Shown: positions 1 to 12,555 of the stretch, in pieces
How positions within the stretch are numbered: the stretch's first letter is position 1
How the letters are laid out: every line of letters starts with the position of its first letter
NCBI GenBank assembly: GCA_910592345.1
Contig: CAJVPI010000299.1
Location: forward strand, 1 to 36,210
DNA length: 36,210 bases
Source: Paraglomus brasilianum
Taxonomy: Eukaryota
Direction of reading: 5' to 3'
The notes under the pieces: model-generated
What the model was told of the DNA's origin: nothing
The model's input: the letters and a program-made list of their open reading frames with translations, nothing else
The model's database searches: none
Made by a program: the position numbers and the translations under genes

Positions 1-212
1 ATTGATGACTAGTAAAACTTTTTTGTCTGTGTACATGTTTTAATAAATTTCTACTGATACATTCCTCAAAACCCAATTTATAAGTCAATTTATTTAAGTA
101 TGTGAATGAATTTCAAAAAAAAAAATTTTCTACTATAAGCATATTGGTGTATCAACTTTTTTGTGCCAGACCATGTATATTAATATCTTTAAATGGCCCA
201 GCTGAAAGCAAT

Positions 213-505
213 GAATGGCAAGAAATACTACAGCTGACATCTTAAAAAGAAACTGCATACTAATAGAAATCTTTTTATTATTGAAATCACAATACACCTC
301 TTTGTCAGAAAATGTATCTCAACATGTTAGGAATTGGTCACATGCACTTTGAAATCATCTGGCAACTAATAGTGTGTTCATGGTAATGTAAAAAAGGTGC
401 CACAATGGAAAACCAAAATAACCATTGATATAACTGTTGCTCCTACCATTGTGAAGAATTTTCTCAAAAACTATGCTGAAATACATGTCAATTGCATTAC
501 TTAAT
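213..505 (+). mobile_element. Decayed transposase-like relic (probably Sola/DUF7869-like family)
   Basis: Broken frames give ...YY*NHNTPLCQKMYLNMLGIGH...L*NHLATN...CVHGNVKKVPQWKTK...VKNFLKNYAEIH, resembling the HGN..P / V..FL..YA..HG motifs I recall from this family in Glomeromycotina. It has stops and frameshifts, and bases 1-1000 are almost free of CpG. Confidence 0.45.
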
Positions 506-999
506 TGCTTACACTTTTGCCAGCTGAAACTAGTTATAGTTAATGTTCTGCAAAATTTTATTATTGGTTAGTAGTAAATTTTAAACTTGCTGTTTGTGTG
601 CTACCATAAACTCATGAATAAGGGCCCACTGGCCCCATATTAATATGAAAAATAGCTGCCCCCCCCACTAGTTCTAAAATCATATGATATATTAATATGC
701 AGTTCACCATTATGTAATAAATAAAGATAATGCAGACAATTGTTACATGTTGCATTAAAGCCACAACCAAACATCTCATGAATAAGTGAAACCTATATGG
801 TCCATTCAACTGTGAACAGGACATACTATCCTATCATTTCTGTTTATCACAAAACCAAAATTTTTTGATATCTGTGGCAGATCTGTTAATTCACATGATA
901 CATCCGTCTTTAGAATAAATCAGTGGGGCTGTTGCATCATTGGTGATTCAGATGCTAAAATGGATAAACAGTAAACACACTTTATGCATCCTGCACAAT

Positions 1000-1290
1000 A
1001 GAAGAACCACCTGATTGTTACTTCCTTGTAGGATAATCGAAAAATCAATAAAAAATATCGACTGGGGCGCGCTTCCGGAATTCTGAATGTCAATGAATTA
1101 AATTTAGTGAATAGGTGAAATACCTCAATGAATAATAAGTGTAGGAGAGGTGACAAGAGGCCAAAGCTTAGTTAGAACTGCATTAGGTAGTCAACTAAGA
1201 TGCAATTGTAAAGGTGCATGTACTGATGGCTGAGGTTGTTGTAAAAAAACCAAGTAGAAAAAACGGACAATGTTATGTCATGAATCTTAA
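1000..1290 (+). mobile_element. Decayed C-terminal part of a Ginger-like (KRAB-A-2/SCAN-like) integrase
   Basis: LLPCRIIEK (1018-1044), frameshift, KYRLGRASGILNV (~1053-1091), then Cys cluster CNCKGACTDG*GCCKKTK*KKRTMLCH (1201-1281). Motif order matches the C-terminus of such integrases; in-frame stops present. Confidence 0.5.
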
Positions 1291-2218
1291 TTATTAATGC
1301 TCAATTAGTATACTTATGTCTCTCAAAATCGGTGAATTCATGTGAGTCAACCATTCGAGACGGTTTACCTTCAGAATCAGAACTTCAACATATTTCAGTC
1401 TGCAAAAAAAATTTTTTATCACTAATTAATTTTATTCATAATTATCGACGCGACAATAAACGGCAAATTAATCAAGTGTCTGCGATATATTATCACAAGA
1501 TGATGAACTAGCATTGGCGGTAGTTTGAAACTAGTTATAAAAGTTCCAAGCTGAAAACTAAGCCAAGCTAAAAAAACTTAAAAAACTTGAAAGCTTCATG
1601 CTCGAAGAACTCATATTTGAAAAAATAGTATAACTAACTCATAAATATCTAATTACTGATGAAATGAAATCCAACCGTCTCTAATAGTAAATAAACATGA
1701 ATTACACGTACTCCGCATCCTGAAAATCGGTATTGATATACGGATTTAATGCATAACGAAACATCGTTAGACTTTTTGTCATAAAACTTTGTTAGCTTAT
1801 TGCAAGCGATAACGATCCATTATTCGTTCGAACGAAAAGATAATAAATGCAACCTCTGAACCCTCTTTAAACCTCTCGTAAAAAAAAGAGTGAGGAAGAA
1901 TATACGTTTCGCTGGGAACAGATGTTACTCACTAACAAAAATACAACGGAGCGACACAGTTTGCTTAAAAACTTATGTTTAATAATGTGAGCGATACTGT
2001 TCGATCTTCGAACAAGAGTTAAAGATGTTTGCGTTAATAATATTATTTGCATCAAAACGGGGCGAGTCCTTTGTGGCAAAAATTTAATAACCTTCTTATC
2101 CAACATGAAGAAGACAAATATCGATGATGTTAGTGAATGAGAGTTAATGCTTATCCTTATCTCTAGTGCGTATTGAAGAGGCATATTATTGTCTAATGCA
2201 TACAAGTTATTATTACAG

Positions 2219-2992
2219 ATCATCTGAAAGCACATTTTGCATTTGAAAGTCATATTGAAGATAGGAGTGGATGCGGGGAGTAAGTAATTAATAATGATAC
2301 ATATTGTTATAAAAATATTGTTACTAATGTTTATTACTTAATAGTGGCAGGTATTATTTGTGCCTTACCGGATCCAATAAAGTAAGTGATTAATTATCAA
2401 TACAATATAAATAGTCTAACACTTTGTACAATGTTGTGAATATTAATTAATAAACAATTGTATATTAGTTAACAATACCCATATTCCAAGTACCTCCAAA
2501 TAAATACAAACTCAGCATTTTATTGCAAAATTGGATGTGGTCAACAATTACAATTGTAGTAAGTATCGAAATATGTATTGTTTAATCTTAATCGTATAAT
2601 GAGCATAAACATTTGGTTTTGTAGACAACAATAAAAACGTCAACTGAAGAAATCCAATATAGCATGTACATTAACTATTGTGATGCTGAATACATTTTAC
2701 CATGCACGGTTAACGTTTTGTCTAAAGATGACATTATTATAGAAATTGCTATCAGTTGTGTAACAGTAAGTATGGTTTATTTATTCATTGACATAGTGTA
2801 AAATGTATTCAAGTGTTATTATTCTAACTTTAACTTTATCTTAAGTCATTCATATACCTTTATTGGATTTGTTTATATTCAGAAGAAAAGTTAGATGCTA
2901 TGGAACGTGACTTGAAATTTGAAACATTTTCAACTGGTGTAAAAATGATTAACTACAAGCGTTTTGATGAAAAACGAATACGTATGCAGTGA
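2219..2992 (+). CDS. Five-exon module, copy 1 (uncharacterised beta-rich domain); 5' part of the gene unresolved, possibly a truncated paralogue
   Basis: Exons 2219-2279, 2345-2381, 2469-2558, 2625-2765, 2846-2992 with GTAAGT donors splice to an open frame: HLKAHFAFESHIEDRSGCGDGRYYLCLTGSNKLTIPIFQVPPNKYKLSILLQNWMWSTITIVTTIKTSTEEIQYSMYINYCDAEYILPCTVNVLSKDDIIIEIAISCVTSFIYLYWICLYSEEKLDAMERDLKFETFSTGVKMINYKRFDEKRIRMQ*. Clear nucleotide homology to 21933-22711. Upstream 1850-2130 has stops in all + frames. Confidence 0.7.
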
Positions 2993-3833
2993 ACCTGGAT
3001 ATACACCCACCTGGCAAAAATGAATGAAATTTTTGTCGACCATGTATAGTAAAACATATTAATATGAGAAATCTAATTTTTCGAACTGCTGTATTGCAGT
3101 ATTGGTGTTATTTACTAAGCAAACAACCAGAATTTTTGCATTGTTATGAAGCTAATTGACTGTAGTTTTCAAATAAAATAGTGATAAATTTACAAAACGT
3201 ATCATAATAATAACAAAGCTGATTATATATATGTGTAACATGCAGTCAGCGACAAAGTGACTTCAACGTCTTCAATAAATTAAATTTGCTTTAGTCTAAA
3301 ATTCATTATCATTACCGTATTAGTATATTGAAATTGGCGGGTAATACGTGATTGATCTGTTTATAACGAAGCTACAAGGAGATTTCCTTATAAAGAGGAA
3401 GCCTGGATATAGTGAGTGCTGGAACAGACCACTTTAAACCCGATTATCTATACTTCCATACGCGTTATAATATGTTCGTCGGGGCTGTCTCCAAGAAGAC
3501 AAAAAGTTTTGTACAATCGCGATGTCAATAAGGCTTTATATTAAGTCAAAGGAATAGTTACTATGCAGAATGAAGAGAGCTTATAGAGTGACCTTGTCGA
3601 TGAAAGGCTTATTAGTGGGTGTCATGATGATGCATAATATAACTATCGTCTTAAGCCCAATATTATGATCACTTGGTCTGATTTTCGATTGCAATAAAAA
3701 AAATTGACCATTTAAAAATTTATTGGCGTGTGCTCCCCATGTATTCTAGTTTTTAACCCCTGTTGTATCAGCTTTTTAAATAAAAATTTATCGTAGTACA
3801 AATATTTACACGTTTACCAATCTCTCGACGAAA

Positions 3834-6140
3834 ATGCCAAGGAAGGCGTCTCCTATCTGCGGTAACCCGTTGTATTTACAATGGATAAAGGAAATGATGG
3901 AAGAGGCCGGAGGAGTATCTAATAATAAAATGTACTATGCTTATAAAAAGGTTAGTTCCACCAAACTCGCAATAATTGAGTCAAAAACTCACCTGCAAAA
4001 ATATTCGCTTTATTACTAGGCCTATGATTCAATGTCAAAGTATCCGATACCCTTCAATCACCCCTGCGAAGCTATGATACTGAAGGGTGTCGGTCCCAAG
4101 ATAACCAAACGCCTCGAAGAGCGGCTAAGACAGTATTGTGCTGATACCGGGCAAGCGGTTCCAATACGCTCTGGTACGTACCGAATTCATCGAGTACTTT
4201 CTATGATCCATTTCAATATACTGATAAACAATTTTCGTTATACGATCTTATCATCAGACATCTTAAAACGTGCTGCTCGTCCCCCACCTCCGCCCCCACC
4301 GAGCTCGCCACCGCCACCACTACCACCTCCTACCACACCAGCGAAACGAGCATACGTTCCTCAATATCGATCAGGAGCGTACGCTATTCTCCTTACGCTT
4401 TTCATGGCATACGGTAATGGGCCTTATCGCGCGAGTCTAACAAAACTAGAAATAATTAGAGATGCAGCTCAATTTTGTGACACGTCTTTTGATGTTCCGG
4501 TCGCCAAAACACGTAATTACACTGCTTGGAATGGAATGAAGACCTTGCTTGAGAAAGACCTTGTCTACAAAAATGGGAGCCCCGCACGATACAAGTTGAC
4601 AGAAGCTGGGCTAGTTGTCGCATCTCAACTTGTGGAGACTGCCAAGAAACAAGGGAAAGAGTTGGGTCCTCTCGCAGAAAAAGAACTTGTAGTCACAACA
4701 GTTCGGGTTTCTTTAGGTATGAATTCAGAGGCAAATGACATCAGTCAGGAAGTGTCAGTGGTTAATAGCTTCGATCGAGGTGCGGGAAGCTTAGCTGCGT
4801 CTCCGATTAAAGCTGTGCCTCCTCCTAAAGCCGTGTCGTCACTTTGGGAGTCTTCGGCAACCCATGCTGACTGCGGATCTCTTAATAGCTTGGCCGGCCC
4901 TGCACCGTTGCTTAGCTACAAATCAAGTTTAAGCACGAAGACAACGGCAGTTATATCACCCCCCACTGCTGATCCTATGATCTGGCAATCAGGGACATTG
5001 AAAACAACTACAGACATATCACCTCCCACTGTTGATCCTATGATCTGGCAACCAGGGACATTCAAACCAAAAGCAGCCCTATCACTCCCCACTGTTGATC
5101 CTATAATCTGGCAACCAGGGACATTTGAAGTGCATCTCATACTAGATACGCGTGAAATACGACATCGACAAGATCGTACTTACATACAAGAAAAGTTGGA
5201 AGAACGTGGCATGACTACAAGTGTGCGTAGTTTGGAACTTGGTGATGTTGTTTGGGTTGCAAGACAGAAAGACAGTAATTCTGGTGATATCGTGCTGGAC
5301 TACATTCTTGAACGTAAGAGGATGGATGATTTAGTGAGCAGTATCAAGGATGGAAGATTCAAAGAGCAAAAAGTAAGTGTCGGGAGATGGTCATCTGGTA
5401 AAGTGAGTCGAGTTGAGGCAAATACTAAACACTAGTACTAGTTTCGATTGAACAGAGGCGGTGTCGGTCAAGTAATTTATTTAGTTGAGGAGTTTGGCAG
5501 GGAAGATGCTGTCGAATTTGGGATGCAAGCTATTCAGACGGCAATATCATCAACTCAAGTAGTCGATGGCTTCTTTCTGAAATTTACTACTAATATCGAC
5601 CAAACTATTGAATACTTGGTCTCTCTAACAAAAATGCTCAAAAAACTATACGAGGTATGATGCTTATCAACGATTATTTATCGGACTCTGTATTGAATAC
5701 TTTTCTCATGATGCATGCTTCTTTCATGATAGTCGGTTCCTTTGTACATCATACCCGATACCTGTTTACAATATCAAACCTACCTTCCTCTTAAAGCTCA
5801 TCTCAAAGAACTTTACCCGGCCCGCACTTATCATATAAGCTTTCTTGCTTACAATGAACTAAACTCCAAGTCTCGCAATCTCACTCTTCGTGACATGTTT
5901 GCAAAAATGTTGATGTGTACCAAAGGTATCTCTGCAGATAAGGCGGCAGAGGTTATTAAGCAATATCCAACACCGCATTCGTTCTACACTGCTCTAGAAA
6001 AATGTCATAATAACGAGGCAAGATGGAAAATAGTCAACGAAGTATGTGGAGGTACATTTGGAAGTAAAAAAATAGGACCGGTCTTGAGTGAGAGGATCGC
6101 CAAGCTATGGTTTGTAAAGCAATATGCGGATGGAGAATGA
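3834..6140 (+). CDS. MUS81: Crossover junction endonuclease Mus81
   Basis: Exons 3834-3950, 4020-4173, 4258-5372, 5442-5654, 5733-6140. N-terminal HhH (LKGVGPKI), winged helix (YVPQYRSGAYAILL), ERCC4 nuclease (LILDTRE, LELGDVVW, ERKRMDDL..SIKDGRFKEQK, YLVEE) and C-terminal HhH (KGISADKA, KKIGPVLS). Confidence 0.96.
4938..5129 (+). repeat. Coding tandem repeat, 3 x 63 bp (21 aa), inside MUS81
   Basis: Core units start at 4953, 5016 and 5079: ISPPTADPMIWQSGTLK / ISPPTVDPMIWQPGTFK / LSLPTVDPIIWQPGTFE. Confidence 0.95.
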
Positions 6141-6520
6141 GGTAAGAATACAAAAAATTTGTCAAGTGCGAACATTTGTTCAATTTGTTCTGTAATTGCC
6201 ATTAACGATTTTGGACAACAGATGAATTAGAGAAATAAACCGACTAAAACCATAACGACCATTAACAGCTGTAATTATGTGAGGATCCCTACATGTGATT
6301 TCAGGTGAAGCAACAATATAAAATGTGGGACAGTGTGAATACGAATCTCGTTGCGTGAACATGTTGGCTTTCAAACAGATATTTGAGGATATAAGTTGAG
6401 TGAGAAGCCTTGAAAGACTATAAATAGCCTGTAAAAGTTTATTTGTATAAACCGTTTCCAACCCTAACGCCAATTATAAATACACAAGTTGAACATTGTC
6501 TCTGTACAGAATGGCATGCT

Positions 6521-8093
6521 TTAAGATGATGGAGCAGCGATTTCATCTTTACGATATTCCCAGTACGCCTTTCTTATCGTATCATATTTGTTTGCTAGGC
6601 TTTCACAGATCTGAAAAAACCGCGAGAATTAGACGAATGGTAAATTGTTGCAATCAAAATGTCTTTGGCCTGTCTCATTTCATAAAGTACCTTAATAGCA
6701 TCCTCTTTTGCTTGGTCATCACCATTCTTTGCGCGATTCTCGTAAATATCAACAAGCCAGCCCATAGAGTTGATATCGTTGTCAGTGAATTCTTTACAAA
6801 AAGATTCGAGTTCCTGTATATCGCGAGACGATTTCTCCAGGACACTGATGATGAAAGGGGAAACGATTAGTATATATAGTCTTTGTGATAGAGATCACAT
6901 TATTCAGATATTTAGAAAACATGTGTCTACCCTCTCAGATAGTTCCACGGGCTAATATTATTTGGAGTTTGTCTTATTTTCTCCTTGGTATAACTGATGA
7001 AAGAGAAAAAAGATATAGATTAGCATATATTCTTGGCTTGGAGTTTATTGTCAAAGCAATGAAAAAATAAGGCAACAGATGTTGGTTAGGGATGAAAGAA
7101 ACGAGATCGGGTTTATAAATCCGAGAAACGCATATTCTTACTTGATTTCAGATTGAATAAGACTTTCGTCGATGGCATCCAGATCGTGAAATACAACAAA
7201 ATGTCGATGATTCCACGCCGAATTATTGCGAACGTCGTCCTTCAGCAATGTATCAATGAAGGGTAATTCATCGTCCCAAAGGTTGAAATGAGTATTGATC
7301 CATTGCCTATAAACACCGGAGAGGTTAACATTGATGAAAAAGAGAATGGAGAAATTCTTGCTGAAAAGTATCAAGTCATATTTAGCAACCGCGAGTATTT
7401 GACCTGTAGGACCAGGCATGATAATTTTTCGCATCGTCGTCTAACACTTCGTTTATAAATTCTAATTCCTTTGAACTATCTGAAAGCTTTTCAACAATCA
7501 CTTGACGATGGTGCCTAATATATATATGTATACGGATTAGAGACTATTAAATACGAATGCCAAAAAATCACATTCTCGATCCATGTACCATAGTTGATAA
7601 TTTTTGGGGTTATCCCTCGCTAGCCCTTTGACAAATTCGAGCTCTTTTGTCAAATTCTCGTCCAATGTAAAAAGAATCTGCTGTCGGTAATTCCTGAGAA
7701 GAAATGGCGTATATTTGAACAGAAATGCTTAGACCAACATGGTGATCAAAGTTGCTAATCGATAGCTATTAAAGTGAAAACGCCCTGATCTAACGGTTTT
7801 GCTTACCATACTGTGTAATGTGCAGGGTTATGCTTAATAATATCACTCGTTAAATCCAGTGCACGTTTACTCTTTTCGTTATTTCGAACCAGTGCACGAA
7901 AGTATGCCATAGCCGTCGAGTCTATATATGTGTGTGCAGCAGTCAGTAAGAGTATCACTTTTTTTAACAATTAGGCTTGCTTCTTACATTCAGTCGAGTA
8001 GGCTATAGGAGCGATCGGAGAGGGTCCGTCGTCCTGGTCGATTGGAGTGACATCTCCGTAGTTACTCTTCAAATCGTAAGGACTCAGTGTCAT
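6521..8093 (-). CDS. RAM2: Protein farnesyltransferase/geranylgeranyltransferase type-I alpha subunit
   Basis: Eight exons (8093-7988, 7921-7807, 7693-7589, 7514-7404, 7306-7142, 6993-6931, 6844-6691, 6610-6521). N-terminal [24 protein letters not shown] repeats ([56 protein letters not shown]) and C-terminal [12 protein letters not shown]. Confidence 0.95.
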
Positions 8094-8660
8094 TCCGCTA
8101 TGATAAGGTATTATAAGAGTTGTACCCTCGCAGCTGCAAACCGCGTAGAGAACGTGATATCATTGTGTGTGAAACTTCAAACTTTGTGATTGCTACGAGA
8201 TATCACTTTTTAAGTCTCGTGATCTATACAAAAGTCGCATACTAGAATAATTTTGATGTCTAAAAAAAGTGCATGTATTAGAGAAGGCTGTTTATTTTAC
8301 ATATTATTTATAAGCTATACAAGAAGAATTAGGTTCATGATTTGGGAAAATAGTCAAAAATATCGAAAGGGTATAAAAAAAAAAGTGACGGAATTTGAAT
8401 GTATGATATTCTACACTTAATGACAATTCCAAAAGAAAAAAACTCCCTAAATGCTCCGGCTCGTATATGCGTGCCATTAACATAATAATGTAAGGCCTGC
8501 TTACTATTAGATCATACTACATTGCTAATCTCTCTACATGCTCAAAAAAAAAAAAAGAAGCCAGAGAACAAACCAAAGAAAAATAGTCTTATGTGAATTG
8601 TTAATCATGCTAAGAAAATAATTAACCCCTCATTCTGATATATATATATATTTTTATTCT

Positions 8661-11218
8661 CTAGATGAAGTTGGCATGAGTATCAGAAACCTGTGTATTC
8701 CGTTCGTCGATGACTTCCCTGTCGATTCTAACGTACCAACTCGGTACCCATCCTCGCTCATCATTTATTTCACAGTATAACCAGTGATTACTCTTCTTAT
8801 AGATTCTAAGTTTATCGCCCTCTTTCATAGATAATTCGTTTTCACCGTGGCCAACATAATCAACCACAGCAACTCCTCTGCCAACGTATGGGCTATCTCT
8901 GTCCATCATGTCACCTCCATTGATACTAGTCTCGAAGACGCAGTTGGCGGGTACCCATCCTGCTTGGCCGCCTTTCTCTACATAACACCATCCTTCTGAT
9001 TTGGCCCTGATAGTTACAACGTCTCCAACAATCACGTTCACTTCGTCGGCATTCTCTGGTACGTAAGGGAATACTACCATGGCAGCACCGTTACCCTCTA
9101 CATGCTCAACATCGTCATGTTCATTATTGTCATACGTCTGCGCTGATGAATTTTGTTGTTCGAGTTCATGTGGTGCGGGGGGAAGTTCTTTGTTTAGTAA
9201 AGTTGTACGTCGTTTGGATTTATTTGCCTTCACGGAACTGAAACTTTGTTCAACTGTTGCTACAGGGCATTGTAATTCGTTAATGTTCTTCAGAGCAAAA
9301 CACGGATTTCGACCGGCTTCTTTCAACTTTTGGAATAATACGAGAGGTTTTTCGTCATAACTTAAACATCGCTCTAAGAATTGAATTTATAGGATGAGAC
9401 TCTATTTAATGACAAAAAAAAAATTACAAAAATAAACGTGGGAATCACGATTACATACCTTGACCATCATAACAGATAAATAAAGCATAGTCGCGCCAGT
9501 CACCATTGATTTTATATCTTTTGAGAGCGTCGGGCAAGACTTTATGACATGGATCATCATGTGAGACACGGAATGCCTCCAATAGTTCTCCGGTACGATT
9601 ATTGTGAACATTAAGTCTTATTGACCCATCTTTTTGTATCTTTTGAGGTGATAAATAGTTGGATTTCTAAAAGAGAAGAGAAACAGATTTAATAGTTGTC
9701 CTCACACGACTAATAAGAGTTCTCCATTATCAGGCACCAAACAAACAAACAGACAACAAACAACAACAACGAGCAAGCAATAGGCTAATCACATACGTCA
9801 CTATTTTCCTGTCTTTCTCTTTCTCTTTCTCTTTCTCTTTCTCTTTCTCTTTCACCCTCCCTTCGTCTTTTCTCTTTACGACTTGCATCTGTACTACTCT
9901 CATTGTTCGTTTGATGTCGATTGCTGCGATTGCTGACACGGGGTGACCGTGGAGTATCGCTTGTATGTGTGGGTGACCTTGAAGAGCCGTGGTGAGTGAC
10001 GTTGACGGAAGGTAACTGTACATGGAGACCCTTGTTCGCGGAAGAGGAGGATTTGTAATTTTGTTTGATTAGTTCAGGTTCCGGTAGTGGCTGGTATTAA
10101 AGATGGAATTATGAAGTATATTAAGGCGGATCCGTTAATACTTAAGCGGATTACATGACTTAGAAGAGCTCGCGAAATGGTATATGTCTGTGGAGATATA
10201 AATATTAAGTTGTATTTCTTGAACAGTTGAATTAAAAAGGATGATTCATAAAGTCCCCAAGGCCAATATACAGAATTACTCGGGCTCGTTTCCAGTGTAC
10301 GCATTTATCAATGTTTATTCTTTCCCGAGTTACCTTGTTTTCTTTAACCATTTTCCATACTGGTACTAATTCGTCTCGTAATTTCGATAATTCGTGTGAT
10401 AGGCGCATCACTTCTTTTGACAACTGTATAACTGTTTAATTCAAGAAAAAAGTTTAAATTTGTCTCTAATCAGAAAGAGTTGTTGGAGAGATTTTCCTTT
10501 TTGATTTATGATTCGTAGAGAACTCTAATTTTTTTTTCCAATTCGGGTTCGCAGAGTGGGTCAGATATTGGGATTTTTGTCATACCCATAATTATCGTGT
10601 ACATTAATTACCTTTATCTTGAAGTTCTATTTTCCCCGTTCCGTTGGGAATGCTTAATTCCTAAAAACGCACCGAGTAGGTGAAGAATTAGCCAATGTGT
10701 TATCCGGGGGAGACGTCAAATTACATTCAAACACATTCAATACATACATTCTCAAACTCTGCAGCTATTTGGCAGGTATTCAGAGATGCAAGTTGTGGGA
10801 GGTTAGACAGAGTCCAATATAACAAGACAGACGTAGGTGGGAAACGTCTAATTGAAATTACTTGTTCAATCAATCACCACACTTACAAGGAGGGACATAA
10901 TCCCAAGAGTCGAGGGGTATGTTATGTTCTATTTTGAGATTGTAGATTGCCTTCAAAAGGGAGACTCGGTGTCCTACCGAATGAATACCCAACTCCTTCA
11001 GAGCGGTGTGGTCCAAGTGAGCGAGGATCTCTCCATTGATTCCCTCCCCTAGTAATAGTCAGCGTTATCCTTACTTTCAATGCATGGTTTATTCTCTTTC
11101 CGCAGTAGTTTTACTTACGTTTAATCTGCAATTCGTATGCAGAATAGCCCATGGACGTCAACCAAGCTATGACTTGGTTAACGTCCCAGTCTGTTACAGA
11201 TTCAGGCAGTCGGTCCAT
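8661..11218 (-). CDS. STE50: MAPK adaptor Ste50/Ubc2: SAM, coiled coil, RA, SH3, SH3
   Basis: Exons 11218-11119, 11048-10887, 10764-10748, 10660-10612, 10431-10334, 10090-9797, 9666-9459, 9373-8661; all phases compatible. SAM (WDVNQVIAWL...GINGEILAHLDHTALKELGIHSVGHR...YVPP), RA (FRVSHDDPCHKVLPDALKRYKINGDWRDYALFICY..ERCLSYDEKPLVLFQKLK) and two SH3 domains (GWVPANCV, GWVPSWYV). Confidence 0.93.
9812..9853 (-). repeat. (GAAAGA)7 hexanucleotide microsatellite encoding (ER)7 in STE50
   Basis: Seven perfect TCTTTC units on the + strand, inside exon 10090-9797. Confidence 0.9.
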
Positions 11219-12555
11219 TTAGTTATAGAAGAGCTCACATAGTTTAGCTAGGGCCATACAAATAGAATGTTGAAGTCTCGTGCAACTGTTACGCCGCACG
11301 TCACGTGTAGATAATAGGGCATTATTATTTGGCATGTGCTACAGGAAAAACTCTCCCAAAATATAGTGCATCGGACTTCAGGGTTAAACTGTCAGACGCC
11401 ATAATTGTGCTACATTCAAATTCTCCATCTACTCGCAAAATTTCCCTTTGTCTCCAAATTAATATGAGATAAGAGAAATGTCCCAAAAACGTAAACAAAC
11501 GCCGTTGCGCTCATTGTTTGTGTTGCTAATATTCGTGTGCAAAAAATCGTTGGGTACCGAAACGTACGAAAATGCGCAAAGTTAAAAATTTGCGGATCGT
11601 GTACAACATTACCCGTACTAAGATGCGCGTGAATGTCAATTTTTTGCAACACGTTTGCGACTGTGTCACAAGCACAAATGATCTCCCCACCCCCAGAAAA
11701 AGCAATCGCCGTTAAATTAAAGAAAACCAGGATGGTAGGTGACTTTCCGTATTTGTTTCTGATGGACTAAATTTTTGTCCTATTGTTTGTTGAACTAACT
11801 ATACTATATAATTGCCTCCACTTATCCACTTTAATCACTTTTTGGTCGCTCGGTGCAAATCTAAATATGCTACATATTTCCACTCTTATTGATGCAATTG
11901 CCTTTTTGGATGGCTTTTGGGGTTGACGATAAGGAAGCAGGAAAGGAAGCACAAATAAAAATTTAATACTTGCATTATGCTTATTTGCTTCCATATGATC
12001 ACTGTCGAAATTAAAGACCCCAAGTACGCTTATCAACACAAGATATTGCATTAGCAAGACGTTTGATTTCTCTTTTTAATTTATTAGTGAATTGAAAGCG
12101 GATACAAAATAAACTGGCTAATTCGGATCAAACAATCGCTCCAACTCGGCTAACAATATTATCAACATGTGGTAAATTTTTATGCATAAACTATGTACAA
12201 ACAGTGTTGTTAAAATAACTTTCGGTGCTGTAACTTGAGTAATTTCAGCATAAATACATTCCAAGAGATTATCAAATCTCGTGTTTGTGCGGTAGCACAC
12301 CATATTATAGATTTATTGTCAAGACTCGGTATGTGACTTCAAATGTCTAATTCACCGATTACCATTATCTGTTTACTTAATATGGTTTACAAAACCGAGT
12401 TACTGATAAATTATGTAATTTATTTACAATTATAATAAGAAAATGGCTTTTTATCCGACTTACCAGTCTTTCTTTTTTACTAATGTCTTCTTGTAGAATA
12501 GTTCAGCACTTTGTAAGATGACATAACTAATCGCATTAATTATTTTGCCCAACCG

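Noticed and set aside
1331..1708. Weak inverted repeat (AATTCATG...GAGACGGTT) suggesting an old MITE
   Set aside because: Too many mismatches and no clear target-site duplication.
9730..10023. ORF with a KEKEKE repeat
   Set aside because: It is an alternative frame of a STE50 exon; splice phases require the ERERER frame.
11700..12310. Short minus-strand ORFs that may be a decayed gene
   Set aside because: No recognisable motif or consistent splice model.
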